A stretch of DNA of 64,000 nucleotides, taken from NCBI GenBank assembly GCA_040905385.1, contig JBBDRP010000002.1:322937-386936 (forward strand), read 5' to 3'. The notes below the pieces were generated by a model. It saw only the letters and a list, made by a program, of their open reading frames with translations. It was not told the DNA's origin and searched no databases. Both the position numbers and the translations under genes were made by a program. Below are positions 12,406-20,763 of the stretch, piece by piece (position 1 is the first letter of the stretch; each line of letters starts with the position of its first letter). This stretch comes from Minisyncoccota bacterium. GTDB taxonomy: Bacteria > Patescibacteriota > Minisyncoccia > Phycocordibacterales > SW-6-46-9.

Positions 12406-15400
12406 ATGGATAAAGCTCTCTCGGATGAATTCAAAAGCCGCTACGATAAACTTAACGACGCGCAGCGTGAGGCTGTTGATGCGGTGGAGGGACCGGTGCT
12501 GGTCGTGGCCGGGCCAGGGTCGGGAAAGACCGAGCTTCTGAGTGTGCGGGCGGCCAATATTCTGGACAAGACGGATGCCTACGCCTCGGACATTCTGTGT
12601 TTGACATTTACCGATGCGGCCGAGGTGAATATGCGTCGCCGCCTGACCGAGATTATCGGTGGGGAGGCAAACTACATTAAGGTGCATACCTTTCATAACT
12701 TCTGTCGGCGGGTGCGTGAGAATCATCCCGAGCACTTCGGCGTCACCACCGACTTTTCTGTGGCTGATGATATCGTTAAGACCGAGATACTCGAGGAGAT
12801 TTTTACGGATATGTCGCATGACAATCCGCTGCGTAGTGAACACCCGGAATTCGGTTTTGTCTTTCGTAAGCCGGTCCTGCGCGCCATTGGAGACATCAAA
12901 CAGGCCGGTCTCAGCCCGGATGAATTTGCTGCTGTCCTGAAGGCTAATGAACTTTTTCTGGATGCGGTCGCTGATGAGGTGCATGAGGTCTTTTCTCAGC
13001 GAGTTTCCAAGAGTATTTTTAAGGATGTCCGAAATCTTCTCCAGAGCTTCGAGGCCAAGCAGGATAAAAGTCCGGTGCCACATTTTCGCTCCTTGGCGTA
13101 TGCTATCAGCTCCAATCTGACACGGGCCCTGCAGGCGGCCGAGGAAGAGGATTCAACCAAGCCGATCACTGAGTTTAAAAAGCACTATCTGCGCAAGGAG
13201 GGTGGTCGCCACGTCTTGAAAGAGGAGCGAGACCGCGCGAAGATGCAGGGACTAGCGGATGTCTATGCGCAGTACGAAAAGCGCAACTACGATTTAGGTT
13301 TTTATGACTTCGATGACATGATTCTGGAGGTGATTCATAAGCTCGAGGAGGAGTCGGATCTTCGGGCCGAGGTTGCCGAGGCTAATGGGTACATCATGGT
13401 GGATGAGTTTCAGGACACCAATGATGCCCAGCTGCGTCTACTGCTGGCGCTGGCGCAGGAGGAACCGGATGACCGGCCGAACCTGATGGCAGTCGGTGAT
13501 GACGACCAGGCCATTTTTCGCTTTCAGGGTGCCGAAGTTTCTAATATTTTAAATTTCAAGCATACCTTTCCGGATACAAAAGTGATTACGCTGACAAAAA
13601 ATTACCGCTCACACCAACGGATTCTTGATACTGCTCAGGCAGTCATTGCTCAGGGTGCAGAGCGACTGCACACCATTATTGATGAGGTTGAGAAGAATCT
13701 GGAGGCGGCTGGAGAAATCAGTGCCGAGGTGTCGGTGGCGAAACGTGTGGTACCGACGCGTACGCATCACAATCACGCCATTGCACTACGAGTACAGGAG
13801 TTGATTGGCAGTGGAATTTCACCAGGAGAGATTGCTATTCTTGCCCGGCGGCATCAGGATCTGGAGGCACTTGTGCCGTATCTGCATGAGGTTGAGGTGC
13901 CGATAACCTACGAACGCCAGCAGAACGTTCTGGCACAGCCGCATATACGGCAGCTAATATCCATGTGTCGGCTGGTAACGCATCTCGGCGCGCAGGATAT
14001 CGAGCGAGCTGAGAGCTTCTTGCCCGAAGTGCTAACGTACCCCTTCTGGGGGCTGGATCGCAGCGTTGTTTGGAAGGTATCACTGGAGACACGCCGAGCT
14101 GGCAGCAGCTGGCTTGAGGCGATGCGCGAGCGTGGTGGTAGACTAGCCGGAATCGCTGACTTTTTTATTGCGCTTTCGGGGCGGGCTACGCATGAGCCGG
14201 TCGAGTATATTCTGGATTCACTGGTCGGTGCGCATGAGCTGCCAGCTGCTGATTCTGGCCAGGCTGATGAACTGGATTTTCCGGATGCCGACGAGACACT
14301 GCTGGTAAGTCCATTCAAGGACTTCTACTTCTCTCGCGATAAGCTGGCTGATGATCCGGCCGAGTATCTGCGCTTTCTGTCCAGTCTTAAGACCTTTGTA
14401 TTTGCACTGCGTGAGCACAAGGAAGGCACGATTCTGACAACAACCGATCTGGTTTCATTTGTAGATACCCATGAGGATAATGACCTCGTGGTTACTGATA
14501 CCAGTCCGTTTGTGAATGCCACCGATGCCGTGCATCTCATGAGCGCCCACAAATCTAAGGGGCAGGAGTTTGGTGCTGTGATTATTGCCGGGGCAGTAGA
14601 TGACATCTGGGCTAATACGACCAACCGTTCAAAGTTGAGCTTTCCGGCCAATCTACCAATACAGTTTGCCGGCGATACGACCGATGATCAGCTACGTCTG
14701 CTTTTTGTGGCTATGACGCGAGCCAAGCACACGCTGGATATCTTCTCCTTTGCGGTGGATGACAATGGTTCTGAGCAGGTGGACCTATCTTTTCTTGGTA
14801 ATGCCGAGATTGACCGTCATGAGGTTGGTGATGAGCTGCCGTCAACCGAGTCACTTCTGGAGTCGACGGTGCCGATTTATCACGGCGGTCCGTACCTGCC
14901 GGACGAGAAGGCGATTCTGTCGCCACTGGTTGAGGACTACCGGCTGAGTGTGACCCATTTAAATAACTTTCTGGATGTTCGCTACGGTGGACCAGAGAAT
15001 TTCTTGACCTCTAATTTGCTACGCTTTCCGCAGCCGATGAGTAAGCATCAGGTCTACGGATCAGCTATTCACACCGCTCTCGAACGTGTATATGTATACC
15101 TTGCCCAGCAGGATAAGCCGCCAACGCTGGAGCTAATTTTAGAATGGTTTGAAAATCAGATCATACGTAGCCGGCTGCCGGAGAAGGATCGTACGTACCT
15201 GTTGGAGCGAGGAAAAGACGCCTTAGAGAATTTCTGGCAGGAGAAGGAGGGTGAGTTCAAGCCCAATCATATTAGTGAGTACAACTTCCGTCCGGAGAAT
15301 GTTGTGGTAAATGGTGTGCCATTGGCGGGAAAGATCGACAAAATGGTACCGGATGGAGATGTGATGACGGTACATGACTTTAAGACTGGGACGGCCTTCA

Positions 15401-15720
15401 ATCGCTTTACCGCCTCTAGCGTGAAGGCAGAGAATTACAAGCGGCAGCTTATTTTTTATAAACTACTGGTTGAACACGCTGCACCGTTTAAGGATATGCA
15501 TGTTAGCCAAGGAGTGCTGGAGTTTGTGGAGCCAAAGGATAATGAGATTGTAACGCTTCCGTATGAAATTACCCAGGAAGATGTAGACGAGCTTACGGAG
15601 CTTATCTCTGTGGTGCATGATCATATCGTGAATCTGAATTTCCCGGATACGGCTGGCTACAAGCAGACCGCCAAAGGCGTACGGAAATTTCAGGAGGATC
15701 TACTTGCGGGCGATGTGTAG
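12406..15720 (+). CDS. UvrD/PcrA-type SF1 DNA helicase fused to a C-terminal RecB-family (PD-D/ExK) nuclease domain. AddA-like helicase-nuclease.
   Basis: Walker A AGPGSGKT, DEFQDT, VGDDDQAIFRFQGA and TKNYRS helicase motifs. C-terminal nuclease motifs GSAIHTALE, GKIDKM, HDFKTG and YKRQLIFY. No Cas4-type Cys cluster. Confidence 0.85.
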   Translation: MDKALSDEFKSRYDKLNDAQREAVDAVEGPVLVVAGPGSGKTELLSVRAANILDKTDAYASDILCLTFTDAAEVNMRRRLTEIIGGEANYIKVHTFHNFCRRVRENHPEHFGVTTDFSVADDIVKTEILEEIFTDMSHDNPLRSEHPEFGFVFRKPVLRAIGDIKQAGLSPDEFAAVLKANELFLDAVADEVHEVFSQRVSKSIFKDVRNLLQSFEAKQDKSPVPHFRSLAYAISSNLTRALQAAEEEDSTKPITEFKKHYLRKEGGRHVLKEERDRAKMQGLADVYAQYEKRNYDLGFYDFDDMILEVIHKLEEESDLRAEVAEANGYIMVDEFQDTNDAQLRLLLALAQEEPDDRPNLMAVGDDDQAIFRFQGAEVSNILNFKHTFPDTKVITLTKNYRSHQRILDTAQAVIAQGAERLHTIIDEVEKNLEAAGEISAEVSVAKRVVPTRTHHNHAIALRVQELIGSGISPGEIAILARRHQDLEALVPYLHEVEVPITYERQQNVLAQPHIRQLISMCRLVTHLGAQDIERAESFLPEVLTYPFWGLDRSVVWKVSLETRRAGSSWLEAMRERGGRLAGIADFFIALSGRATHEPVEYILDSLVGAHELPAADSGQADELDFPDADETLLVSPFKDFYFSRDKLADDPAEYLRFLSSLKTFVFALREHKEGTILTTTDLVSFVDTHEDNDLVVTDTSPFVNATDAVHLMSAHKSKGQEFGAVIIAGAVDDIWANTTNRSKLSFPANLPIQFAGDTTDDQLRLLFVAMTRAKHTLDIFSFAVDDNGSEQVDLSFLGNAEIDRHEVGDELPSTESLLESTVPIYHGGPYLPDEKAILSPLVEDYRLSVTHLNNFLDVRYGGPENFLTSNLLRFPQPMSKHQVYGSAIHTALERVYVYLAQQDKPPTLELILEWFENQIIRSRLPEKDRTYLLERGKDALENFWQEKEGEFKPNHISEYNFRPENVVVNGVPLAGKIDKMVPDGDVMTVHDFKTGTAFNRFTASSVKAENYKRQLIFYKLLVEHAAPFKDMHVSQGVLEFVEPKDNEIVTLPYEITQEDVDELTELISVVHDHIVNLNFPDTAGYKQTAKGVRKFQEDLLAGDV

Positions 15721-15750
15721 AAGATCTGCAAGTCTTCTTCAATAACAAAA

Positions 15751-15773
15751 AACACCACGTCTAACGTGGTGTT
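15751..15773 (+). terminator. Terminator hairpin AACACCACG-tctaa-CGTGGTGTT. Member of a conserved hairpin family.
   Basis: 9-bp perfect stem immediately after the helicase stop. A weaker second hairpin lies at 15818-15832. Confidence 0.5.
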
Positions 15774-15849
15774 TCGCTTCTTAGATATTGGTTTCAAACG
15801 GTTAGATAAGCTCATTGCCACGTCAGACGTGGTGCTGAGCGGCTTTCTT

Positions 15850-16006
15850 GGTTTAGGATTCTTATCTATCGAAAAACCAGGAAGTCAAAGCACTTGAATG
15901 AGCACCCGATATCTCTTGCTGCTTAGCAGAAAGAGAACGGTTGTGCGAATTTATGTCCGGAAATTACATGTAATTTCCCTGGACCAAGTGCGCAAGAATA
16001 TACGCA
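15850..16006 (+). repeat. Copy B of repeat family R1, including the 20-bp perfect palindrome GGAAATTACATGTAATTTCC at 15959-15978
   Basis: A 46-bp segment (15945-15990) is identical to 19707-19752. The 5' part matches copies A, C and D. Confidence 0.7.
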
Positions 16007-16030
16007 GATCACTTCCCGCAATAGATCGGC

Positions 16031-16810
16031 TTACTGCTGGCTTTCAAACACAGCATCAGCGTAGTCCCAGAAGGCTTCGTTGCCTTCGATATCGGCAATG
16101 CACTCAGAGGCCTGTGCGTAGCGTGGTGCCTGTGGGTGAAGCTGTGGAATCGGGAACTGGCGGTATACCCAGGCCACCTGATTCTCATCGTAACTTTCAA
16201 TAATACTCTTCATTGTCAGGTGGAACTGACCACAGAATGGGCAAAGGAAGTCAGAGTACTCGACAACGATGATTTCGGCATCAAGACTGCCACGGATGTG
16301 GTCATCCTCATCTACAGGATTGATGGCAATATCATCTGAGTTCGGTGTCTCGGATCCTTCTGAAGAGGCATCCGCCTGAATGATATCAATTATCTGTGTC
16401 ATGGCAGGAAATGGAATAGCACCACTAATGGAGACACGCTTTCCGTCCTGGCTAATGGAGAGAAGGTCAGGACTGTTGATGAGATCAATGATTTCGGTTT
16501 GAGAGCTTTCGGTTAGTGGGTCGTTGATAACCAGTACGTTGAAGGGTGTTCCACCACCTCCAGCCTGGGCGGCATCATTTACATCCTCCTCAACATCAGA
16601 CTGAAAATCAGTTGATTCGATACAGCTACGGAATGCGTCACTGTCGACACCAGCCACCTCGGCAGCGGCGATGACGCCATCATTGCTGGTAGCAGTGCTG
16701 TTTTCTGAACCACTACTGTTACCAAAGAAAATTCCGGCGGCAATCAGAAGCCCGGCAAAAACAACGGCTCCGGCGATAATCAATGTATTACTATTTGTTG
16801 ATGTACTCAT
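16031..16810 (-). CDS. DsbA-family thiol:disulfide oxidoreductase (thioredoxin fold, CPFC active site) with an N-terminal membrane anchor/signal
   Basis: SDFLCPFCGQFH motif. Hydrophobic N-terminus. Confidence 0.75.
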   Translation of the reverse strand: MSTSTNSNTLIIAGAVVFAGLLIAAGIFFGNSSGSENSTATSNDGVIAAAEVAGVDSDAFRSCIESTDFQSDVEEDVNDAAQAGGGGTPFNVLVINDPLTESSQTEIIDLINSPDLLSISQDGKRVSISGAIPFPAMTQIIDIIQADASSEGSETPNSDDIAINPVDEDDHIRGSLDAEIIVVEYSDFLCPFCGQFHLTMKSIIESYDENQVAWVYRQFPIPQLHPQAPRYAQASECIADIEGNEAFWDYADAVFESQQ

Positions 16811-16862
16811 ACGTTATAATAGGCAAACTAATAATTGTCTTTCACCTACGTATCATAACAGA

Positions 16863-17486
16863 ATGAACCAATCTACGCACAATGATGACTGCCGAATAAA
16901 GAACGCACGTTTCGTGAAGGGTATTCGTGGTGAGGATTTGATTCTACAGGAGTCGGTACCACAGATTGTTTTTGCTGGTCGTTCTAATGTCGGCAAGTCT
17001 AGCACTCTAAATAAGCTCCTTGGTCAGAAGATTGCCCGCATCAGTAGCACACCCGGAAAAACGCAGGAGATAAACTTCTTCTCGATCGAGGGCGGTACGG
17101 CGTATGTTGTTGACCTGCCGGGTTATGGTTACGCCAAGATGAATGGGAAGCAGGCAGAAAGTATGCGCAAGCAGATGATCTGGTACCTAGGCTCATCAAA
17201 GGCACCGATTGCGCTGCTGTGTCTGGTGATTGACATTCGCCGCGGGTTGGGAGGTCTGGACCGTGATCTGCTGGACATCGCCTCTGGAGAAGCCATCCCG
17301 GTACTGATTGTTGCCAATAAAGTTGATAAGTGTAACCAGAAGGAGCGAACAGCAGCGGAACGGAAGCTGGAGGCTGATCTCGAGTCGCATCCAGGTATTA
17401 TTCAGGGCGTTATTGCCTTCTCAGCAGAGACCGGACGAGGTCGCAATACATTATGCGAGGTAATACAATCAATCTATGCCGTTTGA
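16863..17486 (+). CDS. engB: Ribosome-biogenesis GTP-binding protein EngB/YihA
   Basis: G1 motif GRSNVGKSS plus VVDLPGYGYAK. The start is moved to the ATG at 16863 because the track ORF (from 16671) overlaps dsbA. Confidence 0.8.
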   Translation: MNQSTHNDDCRIKNARFVKGIRGEDLILQESVPQIVFAGRSNVGKSSTLNKLLGQKIARISSTPGKTQEINFFSIEGGTAYVVDLPGYGYAKMNGKQAESMRKQMIWYLGSSKAPIALLCLVIDIRRGLGGLDRDLLDIASGEAIPVLIVANKVDKCNQKERTAAERKLEADLESHPGIIQGVIAFSAETGRGRNTLCEVIQSIYAV

Positions 17487-18270
17487 TATAGCAATAATTT
17501 TGGGAATACTGCAGGGAATTACCGAGTTTATCCCGGTATCATCCTCAGGTCATCTTATTCTGGGTCGAGAATTGTTCTCGGTTTCCAATGCTGGTGGTCT
17601 CGCCTTCGATGCGGTGATTCACCTGGCGACAGCCCTGGCGATTGTGGTGTACTTTCGCCGGGATATCTATCGGTTTGTTCGTGGAAAGGGAAGTCTGATT
17701 GCCGGCACAAACATTACGCTGTATAAAAAAACCGTTTTAATTATCATTGTCGCGACCATTCCGGCAGCAGTACTGGGCTTGTCGCTGGAGTCGATTATCG
17801 AAACGGTGTTTCGCAATACCGAGGTAGTGGCCGTTGGTCTGGTGATCGGTTCACTGTTAATTTTGGCGGCTGAGCATATTCCAGCTCCGGGCAACAAGAA
17901 GATCACATTGCGTCGGGGTCTGGTGATTGGGTTGTTTCAGTGTCTGGCACTGCTTCCGGGAATGAGTCGATCCGGGGCGACCATTTCTGGTGGGCTCTTT
18001 TCTGGTTTTAGTCGGGAGACGGCCACGAGCTTCTCCTTTCTTTTAGGGCTACCAATATTTATCGGGGCTGGTGGTGTGCAGCTATTTGAGCTACTCCGCG
18101 CGGAGGGTGCTGCAGCCATTGATGTACCATTGATTCTGGGCTTTGCAGCTGCCTTCGTGGCTGGGTTGGCAGCTATGCACTTCCTTATGCGATTTGTGCG
18201 CAGTCACCGACTGGACTGGTTCGCTGCCTATCGTATTTTGCTAGCGGTGGCGGTACTTCTTTTCCTCTAG
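17476..18270 (+). CDS. uppP: Undecaprenyl-diphosphatase (BacA/UppP)
   Basis: GITEFIPVSSSGHL signature. Multi-pass membrane protein. Confidence 0.85.
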   Translation: MPFDIAIILGILQGITEFIPVSSSGHLILGRELFSVSNAGGLAFDAVIHLATALAIVVYFRRDIYRFVRGKGSLIAGTNITLYKKTVLIIIVATIPAAVLGLSLESIIETVFRNTEVVAVGLVIGSLLILAAEHIPAPGNKKITLRRGLVIGLFQCLALLPGMSRSGATISGGLFSGFSRETATSFSFLLGLPIFIGAGGVQLFELLRAEGAAAIDVPLILGFAAAFVAGLAAMHFLMRFVRSHRLDWFAAYRILLAVAVLLFL

Positions 18271-18698
18271 TTGTCCTCTGGACTCATGGATACGGCAATC
18301 AGGTAGTAAACAATGCCGGCAGCAAGCAGTAATCCTAGTGGCAGAATTGTACACCAGACCTCGGCCATGATGGCGATCAACATCCAGAGAATCGAGCCTC
18401 CGATGTAGAACTGCACACTACCGCGTCTGATCTCGTCTCTGGTCATGGTTTCGTGCTGTCGCTGTGGATGCCAGATTTCATGGAAGATGTACATCGTCAC
18501 CAGCATCAGGATAACGATGGCCAGGCAGGTAAAGGAGAGGTTGGCGCCACCTACGGCTGCCAGCAGGTTCTCGGTTGGTGGGGTTGGTTCTCCACCAAGA
18601 ATTGCCGCGCCATTTTCATCATAGGTCACTGCCTGAGTAATAATTGGCAGTGCCAGCGAAGTGAGACTAGCTAGGATTGTTGTGTATGACTTTTTCAT
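18267..18698 (-). CDS. Hypothetical membrane protein (signal peptide plus about three transmembrane segments)
   Basis: 143 aa. Hydrophobic segments. No recognised domain. Confidence 0.5.
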   Translation of the reverse strand: MKKSYTTILASLTSLALPIITQAVTYDENGAAILGGEPTPPTENLLAAVGGANLSFTCLAIVILMLVTMYIFHEIWHPQRQHETMTRDEIRRGSVQFYIGGSILWMLIAIMAEVWCTILPLGLLLAAGIVYYLIAVSMSPEDN

Positions 18699-18737
18699 GT
18701 TTTTTATTATACCAAGGATTCGCTCTTACTACTGTTT

Positions 18738-18827
18738 TGCTACGCACGAGTAAACGCCACAGGCGTTTCTCTCTGCTCGCACTGCTTCGCGGGCTGCACA
18801 AGGCTAGGCAAAACAGTAGTACTCGCT
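18738..18827. other. Structured element: 14-bp perfect inverted repeat (TACTACTGTTTTGC / GCAAAACAGTAGTA) enclosing ~55 nt with an internal hairpin AAACGCC-aca-GGCGTTT
   Basis: Read directly from the sequence. Lies in a divergent intergenic region. Confidence 0.4.
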
Positions 18828-18883
18828 ATAAGGTAAATCTTCTCGTATCTAAAAGAACTGGATAGGGTGGGAGTGAATTTATT

Positions 18884-18911
18884 TTGACAATACATATCAG
18901 AATTGTATACT
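18884..18911 (+). promoter_or_regulatory. Sigma-70-like promoter (TTGACA, 16-bp spacer, TATACT) for the gene at 18951
   Basis: Read directly from the sequence. Confidence 0.45.
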
Positions 18912-18950
18912 AATAAACGAACGTAATCTTAATAAAAGAAAGGAGCAAAT

Positions 18951-19451
18951 ATGGGTGGTGGAACTGGAGCTATATACAGCAAAGGTAAAAATCTTTTTAC
19001 CGAAGCACAGGCAAAAATTAATAAATGGATAGAAGATCAGTCAAAAAACTGGCCGATAAAAGATAAAATCGAAGGGGTGCAATATGGTGATATTACAAAC
19101 TTATATACCCCAAATCAGCTTTCGGATGCGCTGGTTGCTGAAGTGACTCAGTATGTACCGAATAGATATCCCGGCCACGGAGTAACCACAAACCTTGATG
19201 GACATTTCGTTCTTACGTACTGGTTGGTAGATATGGAGTCTAAAAGTGCAGAAAAACTTAGTGTTAAGTGCTGGATTTATGCTGGTTTGGATTACAAAGA
19301 ATCTGGTCTAGAGTTTGAGGGCGAGTTGCTGCGGTATGACACTAGAGTTACTGGTGTTGAATTTATACACACAACTAACGGAGCTCTGGAAAAGCTTCGA
19401 TTTGAGTTGAGGCCTCGTAAAGAGGGCTTCAATTCTGAAATCAATTTGTAA
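18951..19451 (+). CDS. Hypothetical protein, low-GC gene
   Basis: 166 aa. No recognised motifs. AT-rich relative to its surroundings. Has its own promoter and terminator. Confidence 0.55.
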   Translation: MGGGTGAIYSKGKNLFTEAQAKINKWIEDQSKNWPIKDKIEGVQYGDITNLYTPNQLSDALVAEVTQYVPNRYPGHGVTTNLDGHFVLTYWLVDMESKSAEKLSVKCWIYAGLDYKESGLEFEGELLRYDTRVTGVEFIHTTNGALEKLRFELRPRKEGFNSEINL

Positions 19452-19454
19452 AAT

Positions 19455-19488
19455 TATAATGAAAACCTGGCTTACAAAAGCCGGGTTT
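19455..19488 (+). terminator. Rho-independent terminator (CCTGGCTT-acaa-AAGCCGGG plus TTTTTTT)
   Basis: Read directly from the sequence. A second hairpin GGCTGCAAT-tta-ATTGCAGCC follows at 19498-19520. Confidence 0.6.
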
Positions 19489-19589
19489 TTTTATTAAGGC
19501 TGCAATTTATTGCAGCCGCTATTAAAGCGAACTTACCTCTACTCACTCTACTCAGCTACTTCTTGAAAATAATTACATAGCAGTTCTGT

Positions 19590-19760
19590 GGGTACCAGTC
19601 GGCTTATCGAGGTTTAAATACTTATCTATCGAAGTATTAATTAGTCCAACGACTTGAATGAGGGCTGGAAAACTTTTATCTGCTAAGCAGGTAAAAGTAC
19701 CATTGCCCGAATTTATGTCCGGAAATTACATGTAATTTCCCTGGACCAAGTGCACACGTC
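19590..19760 (+). repeat. Copy C of repeat family R1, including the palindrome GGAAATTACATGTAATTTCC at 19721-19740
   Basis: Shares CTTATCTATCGAA..ATTAATTAGTCCAAC..CTTGAATGAG and the 46-bp identical core with copy B. Confidence 0.7.
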
Positions 19761-19892
19761 AGAAAAAGCTTTGCGTTCCGACTAGCGGAATGCAAAGCGG
19801 CTTTCTGAGGCTAGAAACGTATCTCGCAAAATATGTTAATCAACACCTTCGACTCAAGTCAGATACAAGACTGGTGCCCTTGAGGAAAGGGT

Positions 19893-19970
19893 GCCAGTCG
19901 GCTTCCAAAAGTATAAACTTCTTATCTAGCGAAATATTAACTTGTCCAACGACTCAAGTCGGCACAAATA
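19893..19970 (+). repeat. Partial copy D of repeat family R1 (CTTATCTAGCGAAATATTAACTTGTCCAACGACTCAAGTCGGCAC)
   Basis: Matches the 5' part of copy C, including the CCAGTCGGCTT prefix. Confidence 0.55.
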
Positions 19971-19998
19971 TACATATATTATTTTTTGTAGTAGACCC

Positions 19999-20574
19999 TT
20001 AAAACGGCATCGAATGCGTCATACCATTACTTTCTGGACGCTCCCACCCGCTGGTGTCGATAGGTATTTCGCGTGTCTGTTTGCCCTGCGTGTACTTGAG
20101 ATGTCCGTGCTCGATGGCGTAGTCATAAATTCGCTTCGTAACCCGCACATCCTGAATACAGTACTCGCGAATTTTGTCGATCTCGCCATTTTTCCACCAG
20201 GTAATTGCCTGGAGACCGTGTCCGGACTTTTTTTCGCCAAGCGTGGCCTGGGCTACATCATCAAGCTTGATCCGTCGACCAAGACTGTCCTGAATTGATT
20301 TCATAATATCAACACTCTTTATCTGCGTGAGGTCCCCAGGGTAGTACTTGTTGAGGAGAGGAATATCAAAATGCTCGGAGTTGTAGCCAATCAGGCTGCC
20401 GGCGGACTCAAGAATCGGCCACAGCTTGGGAAAGTCTTCCTGTAAAAAAGAGATGTACTCATCCGTTTTGGAGTCATGAATAGCCAGGAGCGAAATATCA
20501 AGATCGACCGCCTCACGCGAGCCGACGTCTCGGAAGGTGTTTTTTGTTTCGATATCAAATACAATCTTGCGCAT
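19999..20574 (-). CDS. DEDD-family (DnaQ-like, RNase H fold) 3'-5' exonuclease, standalone
   Basis: Exo I FDIET, Exo II YNSEHFDIPLL, Exo III YCIQD. 191 aa. Confidence 0.65.
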   Translation of the reverse strand: MRKIVFDIETKNTFRDVGSREAVDLDISLLAIHDSKTDEYISFLQEDFPKLWPILESAGSLIGYNSEHFDIPLLNKYYPGDLTQIKSVDIMKSIQDSLGRRIKLDDVAQATLGEKKSGHGLQAITWWKNGEIDKIREYCIQDVRVTKRIYDYAIEHGHLKYTQGKQTREIPIDTSGWERPESNGMTHSMPF

Positions 20575-20763
20575 ACTGAAATAGTTTATTTTGGATAACT
20601 TCTTCGTCTCTCACTGCGGTTCTCAATCACCGTATTGTCTATACGTCTAATTTTAATCCTCGTTCGTTACTCGAATTTATCACAAACTAAAAATATTTCA
20701 GCCTATTGTGATAGTGAACCGTGCTTTAAGCTCTGCTGGATAGGGTTCAATTATAGCAAAAAA

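Noticed and set aside
12370-13083. 237-aa minus-strand ORF
   Set aside because: It is antisense to the well-supported helicase N-terminus (Walker A region) and has no motifs.
16671-16862. Upstream extension of engB in the ORF track (start at 16671)
   Set aside because: It overlaps the dsbA coding region on the opposite strand by 140 bp. The G-domain begins after the ATG at 16863, which gives a normal ~207-aa EngB.
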